DNA of 64,000 bases from the human T2T-CHM13v2.0 reference genome, Homo sapiens. The notes under the pieces are model-generated. The model searched no databases and was not told where the DNA came from. It worked only from the letters and a program-made list of their open reading frames with translations. Each line of letters starts with the position of its first letter. The stretch's first letter is position 1. A program made the translations under genes and the position numbers. The stretch lies in assembly GCF_009914755.1 (NCBI RefSeq), contig NC_060930.1. One strand, 5' to 3'. Positions 15,698 through 28,430 of the stretch are shown here, in pieces.

Positions 15698-16600
15698 CTT
15701 TGTGGTTTTATCTACTTTTGGTCTTTGATGATGGTGATATACAGATGGGTTTTTGGTGTGGATGTCCTTTCTGTTTGTTAGTTTTCCTTCTAACAGACAG
15801 GACCCTCAGCTGCAGGTCTGTTGGAGTACCCGGCCCTGTGAGGTGTCAGTGTGCCCCTGCTGGGGGGTGCCTCCCAGTTAGGCTGCTCGGGGGTCAGGGG
15901 TCAGGGACCCACTTGAGGAGGCAGTCTGCCTGTTCTCAGATCTCCAGCTGCGTGCTGGGAGAACCACTGCTCTCTTCAAAGCTGTCAGACAGGGACATTT
16001 AAGTCTGCAGAGGTTACTGCTGTCTTTTTGTTTGTCTGTGCCCTGTCCCCAGAGGTGGAGCCTACAGAGGCAGGCAGGCCTCCTTGAGCTGTGGTGGGCT
16101 CCACCCAGTTCCAGCTTCCTGGCTGCTTTGTTTACCTAAGCAAGCCTGGGCAATGGCGGGCACCCCTCCCCCATCCTCGCTGCTGCCTTGCAGTTTGATC
16201 TCAGACTGCTATGCTAGCAATCAGTGAGACTCAGTGGGCGTAGGACCCCCGGAGCCATGTGCTGGATATAATCTCCTGGTGCGCCATTTTTTAAGCCCAT
16301 CGGAAAAGCGCAGTATTCGGGTGGGAGTGACCTGATTTTCCAGGTGCCGTCCGTCACCCCTTTCTTTGACTAGGAAAGGGAACTCCCTGACCCCTTGCGC
16401 TTCCCGAGTGAGGCAATGCCTCGCCCTGCTTCGGCTCGTGCATGGTGTGCACACCCACTGACCTGGGCCCACTGTCTGGCACTCCCTAGTGAGATGAACC
16501 CGGTACCTCAGATGGAAATGCAGAAATCACCCGTCTTCTGCATCGCTCATGCTGGGAGCTGTAGACCGGAGCTGTTCCTATTCGGCCATCTTGGCTCCTC
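15698..16600 (-). promoter_or_regulatory. L1 5'UTR internal sense promoter plus antisense promoter region; YY1 motif intact
   Basis: GC-rich 5'UTR; CAAGATGGCC at 16593-16584 (minus). Promoter function follows from family knowledge; activity here is unknown. Confidence 0.7.
16153..16369 (+). pseudogene. L1 antisense ORF0, truncated at codon 25
   Basis: ATG GCG GGC ACC CCT CCC CCA... (MAGTPPPSSLLPCSLISDCYASNQ*); CGA>TGA at 16225-16227; the RHPFL* end is still visible at 16352-16369. Confidence 0.8.
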
Positions 16601-18270
16601 AGTCCACCCCTTTTGTAATTTTTAAGTAACTTTATATCTCCTAAATAATGTCCAAATTATGTCTAGCAAAAACAAATTCCCAACAGGGTAGAGGCTTCAG
16701 AGGATTGTTAAAACTCATTCAACATAGTTGGTTATAAAGCATCTTTAAAACTGGATTAATGAAATTATTTAATAGATAATACATTATACTTAGTGGAACT
16801 CCAAATACAAATACCTTTTTTAAACCATACTATGGCTAGGTCAGAATTTTTCAAACAGGAAATTATTAGTATTTCCTAAGTATTCATTGTAAAAATAATA
16901 CAATGGTAAAAATTAATTTTATAAGGATAACACAGAAAATAAAAGTGAAGTAAAATACACTGAAGAAAAGTGAAATTAAAAGTTGTACATTCATGTATTC
17001 ATGATTCTATTTTTTAAAGTTAATTCTTCTGATAAATTTGTAGTATGACTCAATCTTGTTTTGGTTTATATTTACGGAATGTATATTAAAATATTTTATT
17101 AAAAACAAAAAACCTTATAACTCATCAAAAATAATGCTATAAAATATTCCAAAATTATGTGTATGGGTAGAAAGTTAATTCAGACTTTGAAGAGTTGTTT
17201 TAATGTTATTTGAAATGTCAGACCTTTAATTCAGTTGAAACCCAAGAGCAGATACTAATAACTTTGTTATTCTTATTTAAATAGTGAGATAATGGATACA
17301 AAGGTTTATGTTTTTTTCTCTTATAACAAGAATCAGCTAACCAATACTATAAGTAAGGATGTTAACCCTCATTTAATTAGAAATACAAGTAATCATGTCT
17401 TCAGGGTACCTTAATCCACAGACCTTAAGAATTATTGAAATTAAAACTACTTATGTTCAAACTTAAAGCTAGATGATAATGCTTAACATTATATCAAATT
17501 TGCTGATGTTCTATATCTGTGTATTTTCTTTCAACCAAAAATGTCACAATACAATATAGCACCTGGAAAGCATAGAATTAAATAAAACAATGTTTTCTGA
17601 GAAAAAAATAAATTTAGTATTCTAAAAGTGAAATAACACATTTTCAGAACTCCTAAAGAAACTTATCCATGAGGCAAATGAACAACAAATCTAAGCTAAT
17701 AAATGTACAAGAGATACCCACCTTCAAAAATATTATATTTCTAATCTGGCCATGCCAATGAACTTTACTGATGTGAAACTAGCCTCTCTTCCCCGAATAT
17801 AAGCAGTGATGATATGTAATTAGCCTATCTTTACTGACTATAAGTAATGATGATATTGAGACCTTACCCCTTACAGCATTCTTAAGCCCTATTGCTTCTT
17901 CTAACTTAGTTGTCCTCACTGTCCCTAGAGTATTTCTAGATAATAGTCTTTCTATACAGACAGTGGAAAGTTGCCTCTTAATTATAGGTATGAATATCAC
18001 TAGATGCCTATATATCAGGTTAACTCTGTCTAATATAAATAATGAAACTCTGATGTCATATATATGTATACATATATGTGTAATATATTCTGACATATAC
18101 ATTTTTATTTTAGTAATATAGAAAATAATCTGGACATTTAATACATTTTCCTGAAACTTTACTACAGAGCTATCTTTAAAATAACTTTTTAAATTAAACT
18201 AAGAATGAATACTATGAAATAATATAAAAATGAAATTAACATCTGGCTAATAATGTATAGAAAATATCAC

Positions 18271-18301
18271 ATATATATATAGAGAGAGAGAGAGGGAGAG
18301 A
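18271..18301. repeat. (TA)n(GA)n microsatellite
   Basis: atatatatatagagagagagagagggagaga. Confidence 0.85.
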
Positions 18302-20419
18302 TGCTTGCTTTTTTCTAGGTGTTTGTTAAATGTTTATATGAAGCATTGACACATATCAGAAGTTTTACTTCATTAAATAAAATTAAACCTATATTTTCCA
18401 GGTTGTACTGATACTTCAACGTAAATTATGGATATTTTATTCTGAGTATGGCTTAAGGTAATTTTTATACAGCAGAAGTACATGGTCTGCCAAAAAGGGA
18501 AAGGTACTGTACCCTTAGATAACATGTGTAAATTGATGCATTATAGAAATTCCGCACATCATTTATACATGTCCAAATGTAATAGCATAAAATGCATCAC
18601 CATAAATCATTTTTCTTTCATTATTTAAAGTATAGTAAGGTCACCTCCAAAGTTAAGACAATATTAGCCATTTTATTTATTACAGGATAGAAAGTAAAAC
18701 CGGTAATCTCTTACAGGACTGTAAGTACATTTTTCCATTGAATTTGGTAACTTCTTTCTCTCTTTTGTGATATTTTGATGCTAATTTTACCAGGGAAACA
18801 AAACCCATGATAGTGTGGAACATAAATTTCCAGAACTAAATGGAGTCCATTACGTGAAACACTGAATGCAAAGCTGTTAGATAAGAAATGGCAGGTTACT
18901 ATAAATTAAGCAATACCCATTCAGAAGAGTGTGACAGTACAATTTTAAGAATCTCAGTAGCTCATTTATCAACAATAAGAATATATCCTGTTTGCAAAGA
19001 TTGAAAATTTAACAAAGAGTGAAAAAGACATAAAATCCTTATTTCCATTTTTTACAATGCATAAGAACATATTCTAACCAGGTTACTGTTGAGTCCATAC
19101 TGCCTGCTGATAGTTTGATTATACAAAAGCCAGAAAATATGGAATCTTTTTAATTATTTAACATAACTTTAATCTATTTGTAGGTAATTTTGAAGAGCTT
19201 GGGCTGCTGTGACAACTCAATGGAAGGTTTTATGAGCTAGTGTGGATAATAGGAGTCTATTTCTCACATATAAAAGGATAAGTGATGTAGATAGATGATA
19301 GGTAGATACAGAGATAGATAACCAATTCACACTTTTAAAATATCAAACATGACATTTGTATCCTACAAAGTATGTGCATTGAGAATAAGAAATGGTGACA
19401 ATTCACATTTAAGGATCTCACATTCAGTCAGTGGAAATTGAATTCATCTCTTAATGTTGATGTTGATATTGATGAAGAATTTCCCTCTGAGTGATATGTT
19501 TGCTTCTCCTAACAATTCCCCCCTTAAAAAAATTTTTTAGAATTGGGTAAGGAGCTGAATATAGACAGGTGCAAATCCTATTTTAATTGTTCATATTAAA
19601 ACTCATTTCTACCACTCCCTTCTATTGGAAGTGTTATGAATTCCTAAGGAGCTAAAGCTCCGGTTTTCCATTATTTGAAGGCTGTGGTTGAGAGTATTGC
19701 ACAGCTACCCTAATCCTATTTTACTCAGTTTTGGCATTTGACCTCCAATTAATGAGTATCAGCTCACAGGAGCAACAAATATTTTAGGAACTTTAAGAAA
19801 GAAAGTCATTAGTCATAATTTTATATCATAAAATTAAAATATGATATTACTAAACACTAGTAGCCATAATCATTTCATATCGTCAGGTACTACATTGTTT
19901 GTAAATTCACCAATAGATCTCCGGTTAGGTGACAAATAACTTAAACTATATTTTATATTCATTAGAACTGTTTCTTACTATTTATTTCCACTAAATTAGA
20001 AAGTATCAGCAGCTATAAGTCGTTAGAATTCACTCGTTAGAGTTTTATCAGAGAACTTTGGATATTTGCCAAAAATGAGCTCAGATAAATTAAATAGAAT
20101 TCTCACTGAAATATCCATTGATTGGATAAGTAATGAGCATGTCAGACCAAAATCTAGAAAATTAAATGTTTTAACTTAGTAGAAAATGCACAGGTCTCCG
20201 TAATAAATTGTTAAATAATCGTAAATGTTATGAGTTATTTTAATTGATATCCATCCTCTCCCCTCATCCCCACCAACAAGCAGACCCTGATAGAAGAATG
20301 AAACACACGTTGTTAACGTGTGAGATGGGGAGACACTGGAAGAGCAGAAGGAAAGTGATAAACAGAAGTGAAGGAAAGTGAACTCTCCCAATAGGGGAGC
20401 GTTATTAAGCCAGTGAGTA

Positions 20420-20700
20420 ACTGGCTTTATTGCAGGGAGTATCTGAAGCTTAAACTTGTCAAGGAAATCTTGGAAACAGTATAAAATATATTTCAAAATC
20501 ATCCTGAGGCAATGTAGCTGGAGTATTTATAGTTTTATACCCATCAGTCACTCACTGGTTAGGGGCTGCCTCCAAATGGACGTTAAATCCAAGCCAATCA
20601 ATCCCAACCAGCTGTGCTTGCAGGCAAAGCATATTCTGGCAACCCAAGGGACACCATGACCATAATGTTGATACTGACCACTGGAAATCAGGCTGATAAA
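20420..20700. mobile_element. Possible old ERVL-class LTR fragment (LTR16/LTR33-like)
   Basis: Motifs cagtcactcactggttaggggctgcc and tgcttgcaggcaaagc resemble my recall of these families; the match is weak. Confidence 0.3.
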
Positions 20701-21120
20701 CACATATGAGCTATATTATGAATATATATATAATAACATATATTATTATTAATAATACCTATCATATATGACAATATAATCTATAATTATGTTTATATGT
20801 ACATAATAAATACATTATTTATAATAATTATTATTTTATAATTATATATAAATGAAATAATAATTAAATATGTTATATATAAATATATAACAAAAATAAT
20901 TATATAAAATATATAATTTATTATTTTATATTTATTATGTACATATAAATATATGACATAATGTATATATTATATAATGTAAATATATACATTATATTTA
21001 TATATTTATCTAATATATGACATAAAACAATGTAAAATATACATTATATGTATTTATAATGTAAATGTAATATATAATGTTAAATATAGATATTTTTACA
21101 TATCTATACATATATATTAT
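20700..21120. repeat. AT-rich low-complexity (TA/TAA/TTA) tract
   Basis: ~420 bp almost entirely A/T, abutting the L1 fragment at 21113. Confidence 0.9.
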
Positions 21121-21646
21121 ATTTTCTTTATCCAATCATGCATTAATGGACACTTAGGATGATTCCGTATCTTTGCTTTTGTAGATAGTGCTGCAATAAA
21201 CATATATGTATAGGTGTCTTTGTGATATACTGATTTCTTTTCCTTTGGATGGATACCCAATAGTGGAATAGCTGGATTGAATAGTAGTTTTATATTTAGT
21301 TCTCTGAGAACTCTCCACACTGTTTTTCATAGAGGTTGTACTAATTTAAGTTTCCACCAACAGTGGATAAGCATTTCATTTTCTCTGCATCCTCACCAAT
21401 ATCTTTTTTAAATTTACTTTTTAATAATAGTATTTCTGACTGCTGTAAGATGATATCTCATTGTAGTTTTTATTTGCATTTTTCTGATGATTACTGATGT
21501 TGAGGATTTTTTCATATGCTTGTTGGCCCTTTGTATATCTCCTTTTGAAAAATGTCTTCATATATTTGCCCATTTTTTAATAGGGCTACCTGTTATTTCT
21601 TCATTAAGTTGTTTGAGTTTCTTGTAGATTCTGGATGTTAGTTCCT
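21113..21646 (-). mobile_element. Old L1 (L1PB/L1MA age), ORF2 3' part, non-inverted segment
   Basis: Minus-strand translation [34 protein letters not shown]. Confidence 0.88.
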
Positions 21647-23058
21647 CACAAATCAGTAAATGTGATCCATCAAATACACAGAATTAAAAACAAAAACCAT
21701 ATGATCATCTCATTAAATGCAGAAAAAGCATTTGATAAAAATTCAACATGGTTTAATAATAAAAACACTCAAAAAACTTGGCATCAAAGGAACATATCTT
21801 AAAATAATAAATGTCACATATGACAAACTCGCAGCCAACATCATACTGAAAGGAAAAAAGTTGAAAACATTCCACCTAACAAATGGAACAAGACATGGAT
21901 GCCCACTTTCACCACTCCTATTCAACATAGTACTTGAAAGTGCTAGTGAGAGCAATCAGGCAAGAGAAATAAATGAAATGCACCCAAATTGGAAAAGAGG
22001 AAGTCAAAATATCTCTGCTGACAATATGATCTTATACCTAGAAAACCCTAAGGACTCTGCCAAAAGACTCCTTTTGCAAATGATTTCAGTAGTCTCAGGA
22101 TACAAAATCAACATAGAAAAATCAGTAGCATTTCTATACAGCAATAATGATCAAGTTGAGAATCAATTCAAGAAGTCAATTTCATTTACAATAGCTGCAA
22201 GAAAAAATACCTAGAAATATATTTAACCAAGGAGGTAAAAGATGTCTACAGGAAAACTACAAAACACAGATGAAACACAGATGAAAGAAATTGCAGACGA
22301 CACCAATAAATGAAAAACTATCCCATGCTCATGAATTGGAAGAATTACTATCATTAAAATGATCATACTGTCAAAGCAATTTACAGATTCAATAAAATTT
22401 CTATCAAAATACCAAAGTCATTTTTCACAAAATTAGAAGAAAACCATCATAAAATTCTTATGGAACCCAGAAAAAGCACAAACAGCCAAGCAATTCTCAG
22501 CAAAAAGAACAAATCTGTAGGCATCCCTTACCTAACTTCAAATTCTACTACAAGGCTATGTTAACCAAAACAACATGGTACTGGTATAAAAATGAACACA
22601 TAGACCAACGGAACAGAATAGAGAACTCAGAAATAAAGCCATATACCTACAACCAAGAGATCTTTGACAAAGTTGGCATTTATATGCACTGGAGAAAGGA
22701 CATTCTTTTCAATAAATGGTACTGAGAGAATTGGTTTGCCATATGCAGAAGAATGAAACTGGACATCTATCTCTCACCATATACAAAAATAAACTCAAGA
22801 TGGATGAAAGACGTAAAGGTAAGACCTAAAACCATAAACATACTAGAAGAAAACCTAGGGAAAACTCTTCTAGATTTGGCCTAGGCAAATAATTCACGAC
22901 TAAGACCTCAAAAGCAAATGCAGCAAAACCAAAAATAGACAAATGTTACTTAATTAAACTAAAAAGGTTCTGGACAGCAAAATAAAAACTAACAGAGTGA
23001 ACAAATAGGCTGTAGAATGGGAGAAAATATTTCCAAACTACGCATCTGACAAGGGGCT
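21647..23058 (+). mobile_element. Old L1 ORF2 RT region, inverted segment of the same insertion
   Basis: [16 protein letters not shown] and ADNMILYLENPKDS; ends at ..tctgacaaggggct, the ORF2 position where the minus piece begins. Confidence 0.88.
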
Positions 23059-23182
23059 TTTAAAATTCTTTATTTAGAGACAAGGTCTCATTATGTCTGG
23101 CCTGGAATTTCTGGGCTCAAGCAATCCTCCCACCTCAGCCTCCCAAGTAGCCAAAACTACAGGTATGCACCACTGCTCTAGC
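23059..23182 (-). mobile_element. Alu monomer (FLAM-like)
   Basis: T-rich tail, gagacaaggtctc..ctgggctcaagcaatcctcccacctcagcctcccaagtagc..caccac. Confidence 0.8.
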
Positions 23183-23394
23183 ATCTTATTATTTTTTATT
23201 AACTGTATATTTTAATTATTTAATTTGGAGGCATCAATATCTCTCTGCAATTTAGAGACATATTATGCAAAGCAATATTAACTTATGAAAAAGTATATGG
23301 AAATTACATGAGAATACACTAACAAAGCAATATATTCTATGAACTGAACATTTTCTGAGTAAATTAATACTATTTTTAATGTAACATATTTTAG

Positions 23395-23483
23395 GGGAAC
23401 AGGGTGAAAAGTATATGAGAGCTCTTTACTATTTTCGCAACTTTCCTGGAAGTCTAAAATTAAATAGTTAAAATTTTTAAAAA
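23395..23483 (+). mobile_element. L1MC/MD-type 3' terminus fragment
   Basis: tatatgagagctctttactattttcgcaactttcctggaagtctaaaatt followed by an A-rich end. Confidence 0.5.
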
Positions 23484-25529
23484 GATCAAAAATAACATGG
23501 TTTTGACAAGCAGGAATAAATAAAAGTATGAAAGACATCACGGGAAAATTATATATTTGATAATAATCATTATATATTTTATATTTGTCACATTGATTAA
23601 TTCTGTTTTCACCTCAAAACTGGCAGCTGATAAACTTCCAGGAAACACCAGTGTTTTGTGGGCTTTCATGTGAGAAACACTACCCTAGGTATAGACCGTA
23701 TAAGGCAGGCTATTTTACATCTTTACAGTGAAATTGCAGCATAATAAATTAGATGCTCTGTGTTTGCTACTTTCCCAGAACTAAAGAAAACACAATCCTG
23801 GTGAACCAAACATCGCAAGTGGACTGTTTCCAACAGCTTTTATTAATTACTTTCTTCCCTGATGACTGAAAAGCTGTTATAATTAAATAACAAAAGTGTC
23901 ATACTTCAGGCAGAAGGAACACTATCCTCTTAGTACCTCCTGTTAGCAAAGAAGGAATAAATTCATTGTTCAGAAGAAATTACAAAACCTTATTCCAATA
24001 GACCCTCCTAGCATGAAAGGGCCTTCTTCAGCAGGAGCTCTTTTGGTGTCCTTAAGTCTGACTCCCTGCTGACCACAGGATGCCAAGCCCAGCTTCCCCT
24101 TAGCCACCTGGCTCCCCTGGAGTACTCAAGGGAATGAACCAACATGTTCCAAGAGTACTCACCAAATGCACAGTCTATAAATGTCTGAATTAAAAATCTT
24201 ATTTTTATTTTGCATCCCTTTGTATATGAGAATGGTTAAAGCTTTTAATAATATAATACCAAAAAAGTAAAGAAGAAGAAAAACTAAAACAACAATACTG
24301 TTAACTTTTCAAAAAAAAACAAACAAACCAACAAACGAAAATCCTTCATGACATTAAATCATTTTCTAAAGTATTTTATCTTGTGATTCACCATATGAGG
24401 ATGAAGTCATGTCATATAGATAAGCATAGGAATGAAATTTGGTTAGTTGTCCTGTAATTTATATATTGCTTGATAGCTTAAGGACACTTACACTTAAATC
24501 TATTTATACAATTTAAAATATAATAAAAATAAAATTAAAATCAAACAAAAATAAAAATAAATAAGCAAATCCTAATTTGCTTATTTAATATAGACTTACG
24601 TCAATGTATTTATAAACTGAATTATATGATAAATCTCTTGCAAGCTATAAATCACCCTTTGACTAATGTTTTCTATTTTTCTGTCATACACTTTCCAAAC
24701 AAGGCATAATGTTTATAGTAGTAGGATATATGAGTCAATAAATAGCTTTTGAAGGCGGTGGAATGCCAAAACAAAGCAGAGGTATTTGATAACCACCAAA
24801 GCATTTGTTTGTAGTATATGTCAATATGATGGATATTATTCTCAGTAGCCTAAATTTTTACTCAATAAAGAAATCAAAAATTTAATGTAATAGATTTCAA
24901 ACTCTGACTAATGTTTTGAATTAGCTTGATATTTTGTCATTGAATAAAATAAAGTGTATTATAGCAAAACTCAGTGTAAAGGTATTTTCTATTACAGGAC
25001 TGTAAATTAGGGAATTGATTGTTTATGTAAACTTAATCATAGAAACTTTTTTATTTTAATAAATGTACTTACACACTATTCGTTATTACATAGGAGCATA
25101 ACTTTTCCTTTTGACTTCTATTGCCACATTTTGAAATGTTAGCTGTGAACATTTGGACAACAATGCCTGCCTTAAAGATGGGTTAATATTATTTCTTGTT
25201 ATAAATCAGCAAATGCATAGAAATACCATTAGACAGTACATACTGAGACACCAAAATGAGTTGTTTCTTAGTGTACTGAGGGAGATAAGTAGTAAATACA
25301 AAATAATAATTTTCAAAAGTTCATTAAATTCTCATTTTTGTAATTTTACTTTAAATTTTGTGATGAAATTTTTAAAATCTTATAGATTTATAAAATTAAA
25401 TTTATATATTTATAAAATAAATCTATCAATAAAGTTTTATTTGTGTATTTTTTGTTTTACTTCAGTAGTAACATATTTATTTTATATTTATACATTTAAT
25501 GTATGTACACACATAAATTCATAGGTAAA

Positions 25530-25900
25530 GTGGTACATTAGTGGGGTCTTTTTCACAGCCAAAGTGAAGCATGATCAAAATTTATTATTCCAGGAACAGT
25601 ACATATATTTTAAATAATATGCAGGCAATACTTACAGCAGCCTTAAAAATAAGTTGAAAACAAAAAATAATAATACACATACCTCTGTGCATAGTGAATC
25701 TTAGAGAAAGAAAACACAGAATATTTTAATGTGATGTATCACGTGCCAAGTAGAAAATGTAAATAAATACAATTTTGTTGAACAGAAACTCAATTTTCTC
25801 TTGTGTAGGTATGTAGCACAATGTACAATGGTATAAAATACATACAAACAGAAATGAAAGATTTAAAAGTAATAGCAACAGAATTCAACAACATAATTAG
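25530..25900 (+). mobile_element. Degenerate L1ME-type fragment
   Basis: ttcacagccaaa..aatacttacagcagccttaaaaataag..tgaatcttagaga resembles the L1M ORF2 end/3'UTR. Confidence 0.35.
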
Positions 25901-26113
25901 AATATCTTATGGCAATACTATTGGTAAATAATTCAGGCTGTATTTAAGAATGTGGTAAGAATTAATTGATAAAACAGCTATATTTGTGTTTCCATTTTAC
26001 AGGTGTGAAAACTACGTTACAGTAATGTTGAATTCCTTTCTCAGAATAAAGGGATTTGAATTTTTAGGCTGTCAATTTTTTATCTCAAAATATTATGTTA
26101 TATTTACTTCCAG

Positions 26114-26150
26114 TGTGCATGCGTGCGTGTGTGCGTGTGTGTGTGTGTGT
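26114..26150. repeat. (TG)n/(TGCG) microsatellite
   Basis: tgtgcatgcgtgcgtgtgtgcgtgtgtgtgtgtgtgt. Confidence 0.85.
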
Positions 26151-26636
26151 TTGCTTAAATTCCTTAGTTTTAGAATCTTGTGTTAACCCAATTCAAGAGT
26201 GAAAATGGAAACATCTGAACTTGGATGCCGTTAGCTCATTTAACTGATCATTCATTCTTCTACTAGCATACTGTCTTTCTTGTAGTTGGAAGGGAATATT
26301 TATTAATTAATTATTTGATTATACTTATGTCTCAAAGTTAAAAGTCCAGTAATCAAAACTAACAAATGTAAAGAGAACACTCATACACTTCTATTCAAAG
26401 ATAATTTAAATAATAATATTAAAGTACATAAAAAGTACATCAATATTAGAAGTCACAATATGTTGATACTCAATTAACAAAGAAGACAATATTGTAGTAT
26501 TATATTAATCACTGCTATTTGGGATGTATATTCTCCATATCTACCTTTGTGCTTCATGATTTTCAAAGAGGAATATAAGGCAAACTGTTTTCTTTCTTCT
26601 TTTGCTTTTCTTTTCTTGCTTGCTTTTATTTTATTA

Positions 26637-26646
26637 GTTTGTTTGT

Positions 26647-26677
<31 letters not shown>

Positions 26678-26681
26678 TTTT
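26637..26681. repeat. (GTTT)n(ATTT)n microsatellite
   Basis: agtttgtttgtttatttatttatttatttatttatttattttt. Confidence 0.85.
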
Positions 26682-27202
26682 TGCATTATAAAGACACCAC
26701 TCTCACCCACTGGAGTGACAGAGAAGGAGGATGCAAACAGCTCTAGCTATTTTGTTTTGACATTGTCTACTGTTGGGTGGTCTGTTTCTTAGGCTTTATT
26801 TTTTTGTACAAACCCTCTGGACTGGAATGTTAGTTCACATTGGATTACAATATGATGGGTCAGGTAAGAAACAGCTATCTAAAGCATTTATAGCTACAAA
26901 CATTAAAAGGGCAGCTTCATCAATTAGATTCCCACAGAAAATCAGTGTTTGTTTCAATTAATTAATTAATTCTTTTTTTAAAAAGAATTAATCTTCCACT
27001 TTAGAGACAGCAATGTATCTAACATTTTTTACACTATTCAAAAAAAACCGTTTTAAAGAAAATTTTGTTTAAAGCTAAAGGAAAATGAAAAGATTGAATA
27101 GAATTGATACTATCAAGCAGTATTATGTAAGAATGCTTTGAACTATTTTATAATATTGCCCTTCTTATTCTATGCTATGAGTGAACTACAAAATTGTTGT
27201 TT

Positions 27203-27500
27203 GGCCAGGTACAGTGGCTCACCCTGTAATCCTAGCACTCTGGAAGGCCGAGGCAGAAGAATCACTTGAGCCCAGGAGTTCGAGACCAGCTTGGGCAACA
27301 TGACGAAAACCTAACTCTACAAAAATTACAAAAACTAGCCAGGTGTGGTGGAATGTGCTTGTAGTCCCAGCCACCAGGGAGGCTGAGGTGAGAGGATCAC
27401 TTGAGCCAGGGAGGTAGAGGCTGCAGTGAGCTCTGATCATGTCACTGAACTCTAGCCTGGGTGACAAAGTGAGATCCTGTCTCAAAAATAACAAAACAAA
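27203..27500 (+). mobile_element. AluJ
   Basis: Dimeric Alu with J diagnostics (cacttgagcccaggagttc, gaggctgcagtgagc); A-rich tail. Confidence 0.9.
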
Positions 27501-27559
27501 ATAATTGCTTCCCATAGATCATTCTGATTTTGTGGGGAAAATTCAAAAAGTCAAATAAT

Positions 27560-27740
27560 TGTGCCACTTGCTAATCTTGTTCAAGTCCATTTAATTATAC
27601 AAATATCTGTATTCTTATCTGAAAAAGGAGAAAGTTAGTATCTAGTCTGTGTACATTACAGAAGTGCATTGAGCTTCAGATAAAACCAGGACTTTGTAAG
27701 AACTTCGTAATATTTAAACCATTTTGTAAATATAAGAAAG
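27560..27740 (+). mobile_element. MIR
   Basis: gccacttgctaa..caagtccatttaat..ttcttatctgaaaaagg (MIR core) followed by the 3' region. Confidence 0.55.
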
Positions 27741-27884
27741 AACAATATTATAATTGAGGATTTACTAGGTAACAGAAATTGTGTAGGACCCTGCTTACTT
27801 GTTACTATTGGCCAGGCACGCACTGTGTTAGTTAAACATCATATTTTATTTTGATATCATAGAAACAAACTATTTGAGATTATA

Positions 27885-28010
27885 TTGATCTGAGTTCAGT
27901 TCTAGTTATGACCAACTGAGTCATCTTTAGCATTTATATGTGAAAGCTATGCTTTTTTCCTCTATAGAATGAAGGTAATAATGTTACCTGTCTTATAACT
28001 TTGTAAGTAA
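27885..28010 (+). mobile_element. MIR fragment
   Basis: gatctgagttcagttctagtt..ttttcctctatagaatgaaggtaataatgttacctgtcttata. Confidence 0.55.
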
Positions 28011-28290
28011 AATTGATTATTGCTCTAATGTATATGTCACGTTTATGTCTTACAGCCTTGAAATTTGAAAATTTAAGCCCTTCAGTTAGATTCAAATAGA
28101 TTCAAAATAAATTATTTAAAAATATATAGTTGGGATATATGTTATGATGAAACAGCCCTGGTTGAAGATGCCGCTTCTGATGTCTGTGAGGTCTATGTGG
28201 TCCCTCCCAGCCACAGCAGCCATTAACAAGGTTCTGCATAACCCTTAGAGCCTTGGGGTTGGAACAGAGTGACAGCCACTATATTATATT

Positions 28291-28430
28291 ACAAAACAAA
28301 ATAATTGTTTCCCATAAATCAGTCTGATTTGTGGGGAAAATTCAAAAAGTCAAATAATTGTGCCACTTGCTAATCATGTTCAAGTCCATTTAATTATACA
28401 AATATCTGTATTCTTATCTGAAAAATGAGA
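28291..28430 (+). repeat. 140-bp direct copy of 27491-27631
   Basis: Manual alignment gives 5 substitutions and 1 indel. Confidence 0.95.

Noticed and set aside
15700-16625. ORFs of 76-100 aa in the L1 5'UTR
   Set aside because: Chance frames in GC-rich UTR sequence; the real ORF0 is truncated.
17779-26961. Short hydrophobic or low-complexity ORFs in AT-rich DNA (e.g. 17779-18102, 20176-20502, 25153-25524)
   Set aside because: No recognisable domains, composition follows the AT bias, and there is no supportable exon structure. Small exons of a spanning gene or lncRNA cannot be excluded by eye.
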